The notes: generated from the letters alone by a model not told the origin. Numbered from the stretch's first letter, positions 18,448 through 28,736 are shown. The stretch is 48,631 nucleotides of DNA from an uncultured Prevotella sp. (GCA_900547085.1 URFI01000001.1:1-48631); one strand, 5' to 3'. Program-made: numbers and translations.

Positions 18448-20409
18448 ATGAAATTGAAAGTACTGTTTCTAACATCCATCCTTTTAATCATGTGCGCATG
18501 GATGCGCGCGCAGTCACTCGATACAATGGCCATAGATTACACCAGCCACGTTGACTACACGTCATCAGAAACTACCTTTTTCCTGTGTGCCCCCGACAAT
18601 GCACGGCATCAGCCTCTCATCAGACTCTATCGTGAGGGATTAGGCGGCAAGCCGGTGAAGACCATCAAGATGAAGCGAGAAGAGAATTTCGGGTGGGTGG
18701 CCGATGTGAAGGGTGATTTGAAAGGCATGTTTTATACCTTCGACGTGGTGGGAACAAAGAAGCAACCCGTGGAAATGCCGGGGATGTTTGCCCGTGCCGT
18801 AGGCGTGAACGGCAAACGGGGAGCTATCATCGACCTGGAGACCACCAATCCCGTGGGCTGGGAACATGATGTAAGGCCGGCACTGGCTTCGCCTGCAGAC
18901 CTTGTCATCTATGAAATGCACCACAGGGACTTTTCCATTGATGCGTCGTCCGGACTAAAACACAAGGGAAAATACTTGGCACTCACCGAGCCTAAAACCA
19001 TCGAACACTTGGTGTCGCTGGGTGTCAACGCCGTACATATCCTTCCCTCCTACGATTATGCCTCGGTGGATGAGACGAAACTCGACCAGCCTCAGTACAA
19101 CTGGGGCTATGACCCACTGAACTACAATGTGCCCGAGGGGTCGTATGCCACCGATCCCTACAAGCCCGAAGTGCGCATCAGGGAGTTCAAGCAGATGGTG
19201 CAGGCACTGCACAAGGCGGGCATCCGCGTCATTCTCGACGTAGTGTATAACCATACGTTCGACATCAACGGCAGCAATTTCCAACGCACCTTTCCCGATT
19301 ATTTCTATCGCAAGAATGCCGACGGCACCTATTCTGACGGTTCTGGCTGCGGCAACGAGACTGCCTCGGAGAAGCCGTTGATGCGCGAATTCATGATTGA
19401 GAGCATGAAATACTGGGCTACGGAATATCACATTGATGGCTTCCGCGTGGATTTGATGGGTGTGCACGACATAGAGACGATGAACCTCATACGCGAGGAA
19501 ATGGACAAGATAGATCCATCAATATATATCTATGGCGAGGGATGGAGCGCAGGAACGTGTGCCTATCCTACGGAAAAGTTGGCACTCAAGGCCAACGTTA
19601 AACAGATGCCACGCATCGGTGCTTTCAGCGATGAACTGCGCGATGCACTCCGTGGCCCGTTCTCGGACGACAGCAAGGGGGCGTTTCTCGCCGGCATCGC
19701 AGGGCTGGAAGAAAGCATCAAGTTTGGCATCGCCGGCGCAATAGCACACCCACAGGTAGACATGACCAAGGTGAACTATGCCCAAGAGGCGTGGGCCACA
19801 GAGCCGACACAGATGATCAGCTATGTGAGCTGCCACGACGACATGTGCCTGAACGACCGCCTGAAAGCCAGCATACCCAACCTTACGGTGGAGGAGCAGA
19901 TACGATTGAACCTCTTGGCGCAGACTGCGGTCTTCACATCGCAGGGCGTGCCTTTCATGCTCAGCGGCGAGGAGATGTTCAGAGATAAGAAAGGGGTGCA
20001 CAACAGCTACCAGTCACCTGACAGTATCAATCGGTTGGATTGGGACAATTTGCAGCGTTACCCACAGGTGTTCAGCTATTACAAAGGACTCATTGCACTG
20101 CGAAAGCAATACCACGCATTCCGTTTGGGCAATGCCGAGGCGGTGCGTCAGCATCTTACATTCCTCCCAACAGAGCCTTGTTTGGTGGGTTATCGTTTGT
20201 TTGATGCCCCCACCAACAGTTACATCTACGTGCTACTCAATGCCAACAAGACCGAGAAACAGGTATCCTTGCCTGCTGGAGCGTACAACGTACTGTGCTA
20301 CGATGGGGTCATTGACGTCAACGGAACAGAGAAATTGATGCTCGATGAACATGCCGACAAGGCTATTGTCCCTGCCCAATCAGCCATGATTCTAAGAAAA
20401 CAGCAGTAA
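18448..20409 (+). CDS. pulA: Type I pullulanase (GH13_14-like)
   Basis: YNWGYDP signature, IYEMHHRDFS, DVVYNHT, DGFRVDLMG, YGEGW, YVSCHDD; signal peptide ending MRA-Q. Confidence 0.94.
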   Translation: MKLKVLFLTSILLIMCAWMRAQSLDTMAIDYTSHVDYTSSETTFFLCAPDNARHQPLIRLYREGLGGKPVKTIKMKREENFGWVADVKGDLKGMFYTFDVVGTKKQPVEMPGMFARAVGVNGKRGAIIDLETTNPVGWEHDVRPALASPADLVIYEMHHRDFSIDASSGLKHKGKYLALTEPKTIEHLVSLGVNAVHILPSYDYASVDETKLDQPQYNWGYDPLNYNVPEGSYATDPYKPEVRIREFKQMVQALHKAGIRVILDVVYNHTFDINGSNFQRTFPDYFYRKNADGTYSDGSGCGNETASEKPLMREFMIESMKYWATEYHIDGFRVDLMGVHDIETMNLIREEMDKIDPSIYIYGEGWSAGTCAYPTEKLALKANVKQMPRIGAFSDELRDALRGPFSDDSKGAFLAGIAGLEESIKFGIAGAIAHPQVDMTKVNYAQEAWATEPTQMISYVSCHDDMCLNDRLKASIPNLTVEEQIRLNLLAQTAVFTSQGVPFMLSGEEMFRDKKGVHNSYQSPDSINRLDWDNLQRYPQVFSYYKGLIALRKQYHAFRLGNAEAVRQHLTFLPTEPCLVGYRLFDAPTNSYIYVLLNANKTEKQVSLPAGAYNVLCYDGVIDVNGTEKLMLDEHADKAIVPAQSAMILRKQQ

Positions 20410-20421
20410 AAAGAAAATAAG

Positions 20422-22341
20422 ATGAAGAAGTTATTATTTGTCATTTGCCTTTTGACACAGACTTTTACGACGTATGCCCAGATACAAATAAACCGCATTG
20501 ACCCAACCAATTGGTTTGTTGGGATGAAGGATGCGAGTTTGCAACTCATGGTGTACGGCAACGACTTGCACGGCACTCAAGTAACCACCCGTGACGCTGG
20601 CGTGCAAATAGACAGTGTGGTACAGATGCCCAACGCACATTATTTGCTGGCTTACCTCAATCTGAAGGACGCCAAACCAGGCACTATCACGCTGTCGTTC
20701 ACAAAGGGAAAGAAAACAAAAAAGGTGAAATACGAGCTGAAGCAGCGGGAGATGAGTGGCGACAAGCGCATGGGATTTACCAATGCCGACGTGCTGTACA
20801 TGCTCATGCCCGATAGATTTGCCAACGGAGACACCAAGAACGACCAAATAAAAGGCATGAACAACTATGTTTGCGACCGCACGCAACCCAGTCTGAGACA
20901 TGGGGGCGACTTGGAGGGCATTCGCAAACACCTCGATTATTTCACCAATTTGGGGGTGACCGCCCTATGGTTCACACCCGTATTGGAAAACAATTCGCCC
21001 GACACCAACGGCTTTAGTACCTATCATGGCTATGCCACGACAGATTACTATAAGGTAGACCCGCGCTTTGGCACCAACGAGGAATATCGCCGGCTCATTG
21101 ACGAAGCCCACCGAAAAGGACTTAAAGTGGTGATGGACATGATATTCAATCACTGTGGATTTGAACACCCATGGCTCAAAGAACTGCCCTCTGACGATTG
21201 GTTGAACGTGCCTGAATGGCTCGAGGAGGGCAAGAAGACAGGAAAAGACGAAAAGACCGGCATGCCAAATGGTACAAAAACCAACTCCAAGTATTTGCAG
21301 ACCAGTTATAAACTCACACCGGTGCTCGACCCATACGCTTCGAAAATAGACCTAAAAGAAACCGTTGACGGATGGTTTGTACCCTCCATGCCCGACTTGA
21401 ACCAGCGCAATCCGCACGTCATCAAGTACCTCATCCAAAACAGTATATGGTGGATTGAGACCGCAGGCATCGATGGCATCCGCATGGACACCTATCCTTA
21501 TGCCGACCGCAAAGCCATGGCACTGTGGATGAAGACGCTCAACGAGGAGTATCCCAACTTCAATGTGGTGGGCGAGACATGGAACACAGAAACCGCTTAT
21601 ACTGCTGCTTGGCAAAAAGACAGCAAGCTGTCGGACATCAATAGCAACCTGAAAAGTGTCATGGACTTTAGCTTCTTTGAGAAAATCAACAAAGCAAAGA
21701 ACGAAGAGACCGATGGCTGGTGGGATGGACTGAACAGGATTTACAACTCACTGGTGTACGATTACCTATACGAAAAGCCCGAGAATGTGATGGCTTTCAT
21801 CGAGAATCACGACACCGACCGATTCTTAGGTAATGGTCAAGATGTCGCTGCACTCAAACAGGCCTTAGCGCTTTTGCTCACGATGAATCGCACTCCGCAG
21901 CTGTATTACGGCACCGAGGTGCTGATGAATGGCACCAAAGAGGTGACCGATGGTAATGTACGGCAGGATTTCCCTGGTGGTTTCCCTGGCGATGTACACA
22001 CGGCATTCACGGCAGAGGGCAGGTCACAGAAACAAAACGAAATGTTCAACTGGCTCAGTAAGCTGCTGCATTGGCGACAAGGCAATGAAGTAATTACCCA
22101 AGGCAAGCAGATTCAGTTCATTCCTCATCAAGGGGTGTACGTCTTAGCACGCCAACATCAAGGTAAAACTGTGCTGACCGTACTCAACGGAACGTCGAAA
22201 GAAGCCCGATTGGACGTGAAGCGATATGCCGAGGTCATTAGCAAATCAACTACTGCCCATGACGTGATTAGCGGAGAAAACGTGGATATAAGCAGAGATA
22301 TAACTTTGGCTCCACGCCAAACTCTTGTCATTGAATTATAG
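20422..22341 (+). CDS. susA: Neopullulanase/cyclomaltodextrinase (SusA-like GH13)
   Basis: Signal peptide TYA-Q; N-domain IDPTNWFVGM; YMLMPDRFANGD, HGGDLEGI, YHGYATTDYY, DMIFNH, DGIRMDTY, VGETW and ENHDTDR motifs. Confidence 0.92.
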   Translation: MKKLLFVICLLTQTFTTYAQIQINRIDPTNWFVGMKDASLQLMVYGNDLHGTQVTTRDAGVQIDSVVQMPNAHYLLAYLNLKDAKPGTITLSFTKGKKTKKVKYELKQREMSGDKRMGFTNADVLYMLMPDRFANGDTKNDQIKGMNNYVCDRTQPSLRHGGDLEGIRKHLDYFTNLGVTALWFTPVLENNSPDTNGFSTYHGYATTDYYKVDPRFGTNEEYRRLIDEAHRKGLKVVMDMIFNHCGFEHPWLKELPSDDWLNVPEWLEEGKKTGKDEKTGMPNGTKTNSKYLQTSYKLTPVLDPYASKIDLKETVDGWFVPSMPDLNQRNPHVIKYLIQNSIWWIETAGIDGIRMDTYPYADRKAMALWMKTLNEEYPNFNVVGETWNTETAYTAAWQKDSKLSDINSNLKSVMDFSFFEKINKAKNEETDGWWDGLNRIYNSLVYDYLYEKPENVMAFIENHDTDRFLGNGQDVAALKQALALLLTMNRTPQLYYGTEVLMNGTKEVTDGNVRQDFPGGFPGDVHTAFTAEGRSQKQNEMFNWLSKLLHWRQGNEVITQGKQIQFIPHQGVYVLARQHQGKTVLTVLNGTSKEARLDVKRYAEVISKSTTAHDVISGENVDISRDITLAPRQTLVIEL

Positions 22342-22344
22342 GTA

Positions 22345-22595
22345 GGAAGGTAGTTAACGGGAGTTAGCGGGGAGTTAAAAGGAGTGAACGGACATTAGTT
22401 GAGCAGGACAATAGAAACGAATGCTTTTGTAATCAATTACAAAAAGCTATTGTCAGCTAACTTCCTTTTAACTCCCCGCTAACTCCTTTTTAACTCCCTG
22501 CTAACTTCTTTTTAACTCCCTGCTAACTTCTTTTTAACTCCCTGCTATCTCCTGTTAACTCCCTGTTAACTCCCGATATCTCACGTTAACCTTCC
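22345..22595. repeat. Inverted array of 10-11-nt tandem repeats: (GGAGTTARC..)n ... (..YTAACTCC)n
   Basis: About 4 left units (22345-22390) and about 13 right units (22456-22595). Ends GGAAGG..GTTAACG / CGTTAACCTTCC. Central hairpin GACAATAG...CTTTTGTAAT-CA-ATTACAAAAAG...CTATTGTC. Confidence 0.88.
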
Positions 22596-22639
22596 TTCGC
22601 CCCCACCCTTTGCCCTCGCGGCAAGATGTCAAGAAGAAT

Positions 22640-23130
22640 CTGCCTGGACGTAAGCCGAGATATTTTTCTTTACAAACATACCTTTCATAATTTCATTATT
22701 TGACAACAGCAGATTGTTTGGCTTCAAATACGCCAAGGATAAGAAATATTTATATCTCATTGTAACACAATTTATTATAGCATTTCGAGCGTAAAAAACA
22801 ATTCTCTCATCAGTCTTTTTTCTCAAAAGCATTGCTTTTACACGCTAATAGACATGCCTTTGCCATTCAATAGCATACGTATAGGGGTGATAAATGACGC
22901 CTTTTGGAGGCTAATTTCGTCGTTTCGAGGGCTAAAAACACTTTTTTCAGTCTAAACAGCTCCTTGTTTTCATCCGCCAAGCCTATTGTTTTTCTCCAGA
23001 ATGAAAATTCAGAAGGGCTGTTTTTGGGCCTTTTTTTGGTAAAAATAATTGAAGTTTTCAGTCTGTACCCCCTTCGTGCCAATCTTTTTTGGGGTGCTCT
23101 ACCAGTTTCTCCAACAAGTATGTTTTAACC
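22640..23130 (+). mobile_element. Dispersed non-coding element, copy B (leader + 22-bp minisatellite + tail), MITE-like
   Basis: Units at 22824 (CAAAAGCATTGCTTTTA), 22846, 22868, about 22890 and 22912. Collinear by eye with the reverse complement of 39200-39725 in both leader and tail. Confidence 0.7.
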
Positions 23131-23277
23131 TAAGGTTACTATTCAGCGATGATTTGCAAGAAAAATCTTACAGCGGAATAAGACCGAATCAGACTGTTCT
23201 TACTATCGCTGAACAGCTACAAATCCATCGGAAAATGTTAAGATTTGTTTTTTTGTGTGAACTTTATTTAATTACTG

Positions 23278-23285
23278 TATATTTG
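23278..23285 (+). promoter_or_regulatory. -7 promoter element for the orphan susC/susD pair
   Basis: TATATTTG with an upstream TTTG at 23252-23255. Confidence 0.6.
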
Positions 23286-23346
23286 CGAATAAAAGGAAAA
23301 CTTAATAAAAACATAGTTGTTAATCCTTTAATAATTTATTATATTT

Positions 23347-26300
23347 ATGGCAACATTTAGGACAACAATGCTAATGGCATTGGCATTATCCTCCGCCAGT
23401 CTTTCGTATGCAGACGCTACTGTTACCCCCATGGTGACTACGGCTCAGCAGCAGGCTGCGTGTAAGGGTACTATTATGGATGCGAAAGGCGACCCTATCA
23501 TTGGGGCGTCTATCGTAGTGAGTGGACAAAAGAAAGCCACGATTAGTGACGTGGATGGTAACTTTACGCTGCCAGATGTGGCAACGGGAACCACGCTCAC
23601 CATTTCGTATGTGGGCTACAAGACCCAGACGGTGGTGTGGAATGGAAAAGACCTTTCTATCACACTGCATGAGGATGCCGAAAGTCTTGAGGACGTAGTG
23701 GTAGTGGGTTATGGTACTCAGAAGAAGGTTAACCTTACGGGTGCCGTGTCGGTAGTGAACAAGAAGACATTAGAGTCGCGCGCCGTCACCAGTGTGGCAC
23801 AGGCGTTGCAAGGTGCCGTACCAGGACTGAACTTTAACGTGGGCAACGGTGGTGGCTCATTGGACCACCGTATGTCCATGAACATCCGTGGTACAGGTAC
23901 CATCGGTGAAGGTTCCAACGCTTCGCCACTGGTGCTGATTGATGGTACCGAAGGCGACCTGTACTCCCTGGCACCCAACGACATCGAGAGCATCTCTGTG
24001 TTGAAGGATGCTTCGGCAAGTGCCATTTATGGTTCGCGTGCAGCCTTTGGTGTTATTTTGGTGACAACCAAGAGCGGTAAGGACGGACGCGCAAGTATTT
24101 CGTACAACGGTAACATGCGTTTCTCAACAGCTACGCAAGTGCCGGAGATGCCCAACTCGTACGACTTCGCACGCTATTGGAACGATGCAGCTGCCAACAA
24201 TGGTGAGGGTGCGCCGTTTAATGAGGAAACGTTGAAAAAGATTCAAGACAACATCAACGGAACGCTCAAGGAAGAAGACAAAGGCCTTACCAAGTGGAGT
24301 GGTTATGCCGCTAATGAGCCATGGGCGATGTACACTGGTTCTTGGGCAAATACCGACTGGTTCAAGGAGATGTACAAGAGCAACGTACCCTCACAAGAGC
24401 ATAACGTTTCTATCAGCGGTGGCGCAAAGAACGTGAACTACTATGTAAGTGGTACATGGCTTAACCAGCACGGATTGATACGTCACGGCAAGGACATACT
24501 CAACAAGTACAACTTTACAACGAAGGTGAATGCCGATGTCACCAAGTGGCTCTCCATCTCGTACAGCAACAAGTGGAACCGCGAGACATTCAATCGTCCA
24601 TCCTACATGACGGGACTTTTCTTCCATAACATCGCACGCCGTTGGCCTACCAACCCCATCTACGACCCACACGGACACTATGTGCATGGCAACGAGATCA
24701 TCCAGATGGAAGATGGCGGATTGGATAAAACCACCACTGACAAGCTGTTCCAGCAACTGGTGTTTGAGTTCAAGCCACTCGCTGGTTGGAAGATACGTTT
24801 GGAGGGCAATTACAACACCACCAACTATCACAACCACTGGGACGTACTGCCTATCTACTATCACGACCCACAGGAACTACTCACCCCAGCCGCATGGAGC
24901 GGTGACTACAAGGCAGGCAAGTCGAACGTAGGCGAGAGCATGAGCCGCACCAATTACTTCAACGGTCGTTTCTACACCGAGTATGCATTCACGCTCAACG
25001 AAAAACATGACCTGAAGTTGTTAGGTGGTTTGGATATGGAATCGAACCTGTACACCACATTGTCGGCATCGCGTGCCGACCTCATCACACCCTTGGTGCC
25101 TACGCTCAACAACGCCACTCACAAGGATGTTCATCCCGGCTTTGGCAACAATCAATGGGCAACCATGGGTATGTTTGCTCGTGTGAACTATGCTTATGAT
25201 TCGCGCTACTTGGCTGAGTTCTCTATCCGCCGCGACGGTTCTTCACGTTTCATCGGTGACAAGACATGGGCTACTTTCCCATCGTTCTCTTTAGGTTGGA
25301 ACATGGCACGCGAGGCATTCTTTGAACCACTAACCAAGACTGTACAGACGTTGAAGTTGCGTGGCTCATGGGGAACATTGGGCAACACCAACATCCAAGC
25401 ACTATATCCATGGTTCCTCAGCCAGCCTGTATGGGCAACAGCTTCAAGTTGGCTCATTGACGGACAGAAACAAAACGTTGCAGGTGTTCCTGGATTGGTA
25501 TCGCCGAATCTGACATGGGAAACCGTACGCTCTTGGAACGTGGGCTTGGACTTCGGCATGTTCGACAACCGACTGCAAGGTAACTTCGATTACTTTGTGC
25601 GCAACACAAGCGACATGGTGGGACCCGCTCCCGTAAAACCTTCTATCTTGGGCGCAGGACAACCTAAAGAAAACAACAGTGACTTACGCACCAATGGCTG
25701 GGAGCTGGAAGTGAGTTGGCGCGACCATATCGGTGATTTCAACTATGGAGTGAAGTTAGTAATGTCTGACGACATACAAACCATCACACGCTACTACAAT
25801 CCTAACCGCTTGCTGTCACGATGGTGTGAAGGCCAGCGCATGGGCGACATTTGGGGATATCAAGTAGAGGGCATCGCACAGTCGGACAAAGAGATGAGCG
25901 ACTGGCTTGCCAACAATAAACCATCATGGGGTTCAAACTGGGCTGCTGGTGACGTGATGTATAAAGACTTGAATGGCGATAAGAAGGTAAACAATGGTGA
26001 AAACACCTACGAAAACACAGGCGACTTGACCGTTATCGGTAATTCAATGCCACGCTATCGCTTTGGTATTACCATGGACGCATCGTGGAAAGGATTCGAC
26101 TTCCTGCTCTTCTTACAAGGTGTAGGCAAGCGCGACTTCTGGGACAACTCTCCTTACAGCACTGGTGCTAACCACGGTATGTGGCAGGCAGCCGCCTTCA
26201 AGGATCACCTTGATTACTGGCGTCCGGCAGATGATAAGAACTTCGGTCCTAATCCTGGCGCCTTCTATCCACGTCCTCTCTTCGGTAATGGATGGAAGAA

Positions 26301-26562
26301 CTTCCAAACCAGCGACCGCTATTTGCAGAATGCAGCTTACATGCGCATTAAGAACATTCAGTTGGGTTATACCTTACCGGTTGGATTGACAAGCGCATGG
26401 GGACTTAACAGAGTGCGTTTCTATATCTCTGCAGAGAACTTGTACACGTTCACTAAATTGAATAAAATCTTTGATCCAGAAGCAACTGGAGGCGACTGGG
26501 GACCAGGAAAGATTTACCCTCTGCAAAGGGTTTTGTCTTTTGGTTTGAATCTTAACTTTTAA
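23347..26562 (+). CDS. SusC/RagA-family TonB-dependent transporter
   Basis: EDVVVVGYGTQKKVNLTGAV, VLKDASASAIYGSRAAFGVILVTTKSG, RRDGSSRF, C-terminal GLNLNF. Confidence 0.95.
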   Translation: MATFRTTMLMALALSSASLSYADATVTPMVTTAQQQAACKGTIMDAKGDPIIGASIVVSGQKKATISDVDGNFTLPDVATGTTLTISYVGYKTQTVVWNGKDLSITLHEDAESLEDVVVVGYGTQKKVNLTGAVSVVNKKTLESRAVTSVAQALQGAVPGLNFNVGNGGGSLDHRMSMNIRGTGTIGEGSNASPLVLIDGTEGDLYSLAPNDIESISVLKDASASAIYGSRAAFGVILVTTKSGKDGRASISYNGNMRFSTATQVPEMPNSYDFARYWNDAAANNGEGAPFNEETLKKIQDNINGTLKEEDKGLTKWSGYAANEPWAMYTGSWANTDWFKEMYKSNVPSQEHNVSISGGAKNVNYYVSGTWLNQHGLIRHGKDILNKYNFTTKVNADVTKWLSISYSNKWNRETFNRPSYMTGLFFHNIARRWPTNPIYDPHGHYVHGNEIIQMEDGGLDKTTTDKLFQQLVFEFKPLAGWKIRLEGNYNTTNYHNHWDVLPIYYHDPQELLTPAAWSGDYKAGKSNVGESMSRTNYFNGRFYTEYAFTLNEKHDLKLLGGLDMESNLYTTLSASRADLITPLVPTLNNATHKDVHPGFGNNQWATMGMFARVNYAYDSRYLAEFSIRRDGSSRFIGDKTWATFPSFSLGWNMAREAFFEPLTKTVQTLKLRGSWGTLGNTNIQALYPWFLSQPVWATASSWLIDGQKQNVAGVPGLVSPNLTWETVRSWNVGLDFGMFDNRLQGNFDYFVRNTSDMVGPAPVKPSILGAGQPKENNSDLRTNGWELEVSWRDHIGDFNYGVKLVMSDDIQTITRYYNPNRLLSRWCEGQRMGDIWGYQVEGIAQSDKEMSDWLANNKPSWGSNWAAGDVMYKDLNGDKKVNNGENTYENTGDLTVIGNSMPRYRFGITMDASWKGFDFLLFLQGVGKRDFWDNSPYSTGANHGMWQAAAFKDHLDYWRPADDKNFGPNPGAFYPRPLFGNGWKNFQTSDRYLQNAAYMRIKNIQLGYTLPVGLTSAWGLNRVRFYISAENLYTFTKLNKIFDPEATGGDWGPGKIYPLQRVLSFGLNLNF

Positions 26563-26574
26563 TAATTGGAAATT

Positions 26575-28668
26575 ATGAAATACGGTATAAAAAATATTTT
26601 AAGTGGAGGAATGGTCATAGCATGTACCAGCTTGATGCTGACAGCGTGCAACGACTTCTTAGACAGGGCACCTCTGGACCAAGTGTCTCCCGGCGACTAT
26701 TACAAAAACGCCGACCAATTGGGTACGTTTACGTGGAATTATTATCAAACTATCTTTCCCAACAACATTGGTTGGTGGGCAGGTGTAGCCACTTACGACA
26801 ACGGAACCGACAACCAGGCAACGACCAACGGTAATGCAGGCATGTTCTTGCAAGACCAGTGGAAGGTGCCTACGGCAGGCGGCATCGGCTTCAACGCCAT
26901 CCGTGATGTCAACAAATTTATCAATGAGCAGGAAGCTAAGATAAAAGCGGGAGCCGTAGAAGGTGATAAAAAGCTGATAGAACAATACATCGGCGAGGCT
27001 TACTTCATCAGAGCCATGCTCTATTACGGCAAGCTGCAAAACTATGGCGACTTCCCTATTCAATTAAAGGAACTGAACATTGATGCCGACTTGGCGGAGG
27101 CAAGCAAGCGCATGCCTCGTAACTTGGTGGCACGCCAGATATTGTCAGACATGGACAAGGCTATATCTATGTTGCAAGAAAAACCAGCCAATGGCGGAAA
27201 ATTGCGCATCAACAAGTATGCCGCTTTGGCGGTGAAGTCGAGAATGGCACTATATGAAGGTACCTTTGAGAAATACCACAGAGGTACTGGACGTGTGCCT
27301 GGTGATGCCAATTGGCCAGGAAAGGACAAACCTTGGAACAAAGACTTCAAGATTAACCAACAAGAAGAAGTTGACTTCTTTTTAACGCAAGCCATGGATG
27401 CCGCCAAGCAGGTGTCTGATGCTGTTGGGCTTTCGACAGTGAACAGCCATCAAATGAATCCTACAAAGAGTGGTGAGTATGGTGGTTGGAATCCTTACTA
27501 TGATATGTTTGCTTCGCCTGATTTGAACAAATACCCAGAAGTGTTGATGTGGAGACAGTTTAATGCAGATATCAGTGTGGCTCACCTTACATCCAACAAG
27601 TTGCGGACAGGCTCGCAGACGGGATGGACAAGAGGCTTGGTAGAGTCGTTCTTGATGAAGAATGGTCTGCCTATCTACGCCCGAGAATCTGGATACCAAG
27701 GTGACAAGTCGATTGACTTGGCAAAGACCAACAGGGACGAGCGTCTGCAATTGTTTGTATTTGGCGAATCGGACGTGTTGGCTTCAGACCCGAATAGTAT
27801 TACGGTATATAATGAGCAAGCAAAGAAAAAGAATCTACCTACAGTTGAGCTTGTCAAGCTGGGCATTGCCAATATCATCATAGAGGATGCCGAGATCAAG
27901 GATAACACTGGCTACAGACAACGCAAATTTTACAACTACGACCCAGCCATGCAGTTGGGACAGACTTTCTCGGATGTCTCAGGACAGATATTGGTACGCG
28001 TGGAAGAAGCAATGCTTAACTATATCGAGGCTTCTTACGAGAAGACAGGTGGTATTGATGCCACGGCACGGAAGTATTGGACACAATTGCGCGAACGTGC
28101 TGGCATTACAGCTTCTATTGAAACAACCATCAACGCTACCGACATGAACCGCGAAGCAAACGTAAACACACCTTCGTACGACTGGGGTGCATTCTCGGCA
28201 GGTAATCCTATCAACGCTACACTGTATTCTATCAGACGTGAGCGCAGAAGCGAGTTGGCAGGTGAGGGTTATCGCTTTGATGACCTCATTCGTTGGGCTG
28301 CTTTGGATCAGGTGAAGAATTACCAAATAGAAGGTGTGAACTTCTGGGATGAGATGTATAAGAATAAGGTGTTCGAGTATAAAGCTAAAGATGATAAAGG
28401 CAATGAAGTAGTGAAGAGCTATATCGTTGCTGATGGTGGCGACAAGGCTACCATGTCTTCTAAGGAGCTTACAAAGTACTATCGCCCCTATCAGGTAAAC
28501 AAGAAATACAACCTGTATGATGGATATACATTCTATCAGGCTCACTACCTGTCTCCATTCTCTATTCAGGAGATGAAGGTATGTTCGCCAGATGGTTCAG
28601 TAGAAAATACATACCTTTACCAAAATATTTATTGGCCGACAACTCCTAATGGAGAGGCTGAGAAGTAA
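26575..28668 (+). CDS. SusD/RagB-family lipoprotein
   Basis: Start moved to ATG 26575; lipobox LTA-C; GEAYFIRA, LYEGT, LVRVEEAMLNYIEA and IRRERRSELAGEGYRFDDLIRW motifs. Confidence 0.93.
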   Translation: MKYGIKNILSGGMVIACTSLMLTACNDFLDRAPLDQVSPGDYYKNADQLGTFTWNYYQTIFPNNIGWWAGVATYDNGTDNQATTNGNAGMFLQDQWKVPTAGGIGFNAIRDVNKFINEQEAKIKAGAVEGDKKLIEQYIGEAYFIRAMLYYGKLQNYGDFPIQLKELNIDADLAEASKRMPRNLVARQILSDMDKAISMLQEKPANGGKLRINKYAALAVKSRMALYEGTFEKYHRGTGRVPGDANWPGKDKPWNKDFKINQQEEVDFFLTQAMDAAKQVSDAVGLSTVNSHQMNPTKSGEYGGWNPYYDMFASPDLNKYPEVLMWRQFNADISVAHLTSNKLRTGSQTGWTRGLVESFLMKNGLPIYARESGYQGDKSIDLAKTNRDERLQLFVFGESDVLASDPNSITVYNEQAKKKNLPTVELVKLGIANIIIEDAEIKDNTGYRQRKFYNYDPAMQLGQTFSDVSGQILVRVEEAMLNYIEASYEKTGGIDATARKYWTQLRERAGITASIETTINATDMNREANVNTPSYDWGAFSAGNPINATLYSIRRERRSELAGEGYRFDDLIRWAALDQVKNYQIEGVNFWDEMYKNKVFEYKAKDDKGNEVVKSYIVADGGDKATMSSKELTKYYRPYQVNKKYNLYDGYTFYQAHYLSPFSIQEMKVCSPDGSVENTYLYQNIYWPTTPNGEAEK

Positions 28669-28697
28669 GAGCAGTAGTTTATTTATGCAATCTTTTA

Positions 28698-28736
28698 GTG
28701 GGAGGCAGTCAACCAAGAGCGGTGATTGCCTCCCGC
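28698..28736 (+). terminator. Stem-loop terminator after the orphan susD
   Basis: GTGGGAGGCAGTCA...GATTGCCTCCCGC inverted repeat. Confidence 0.6.
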
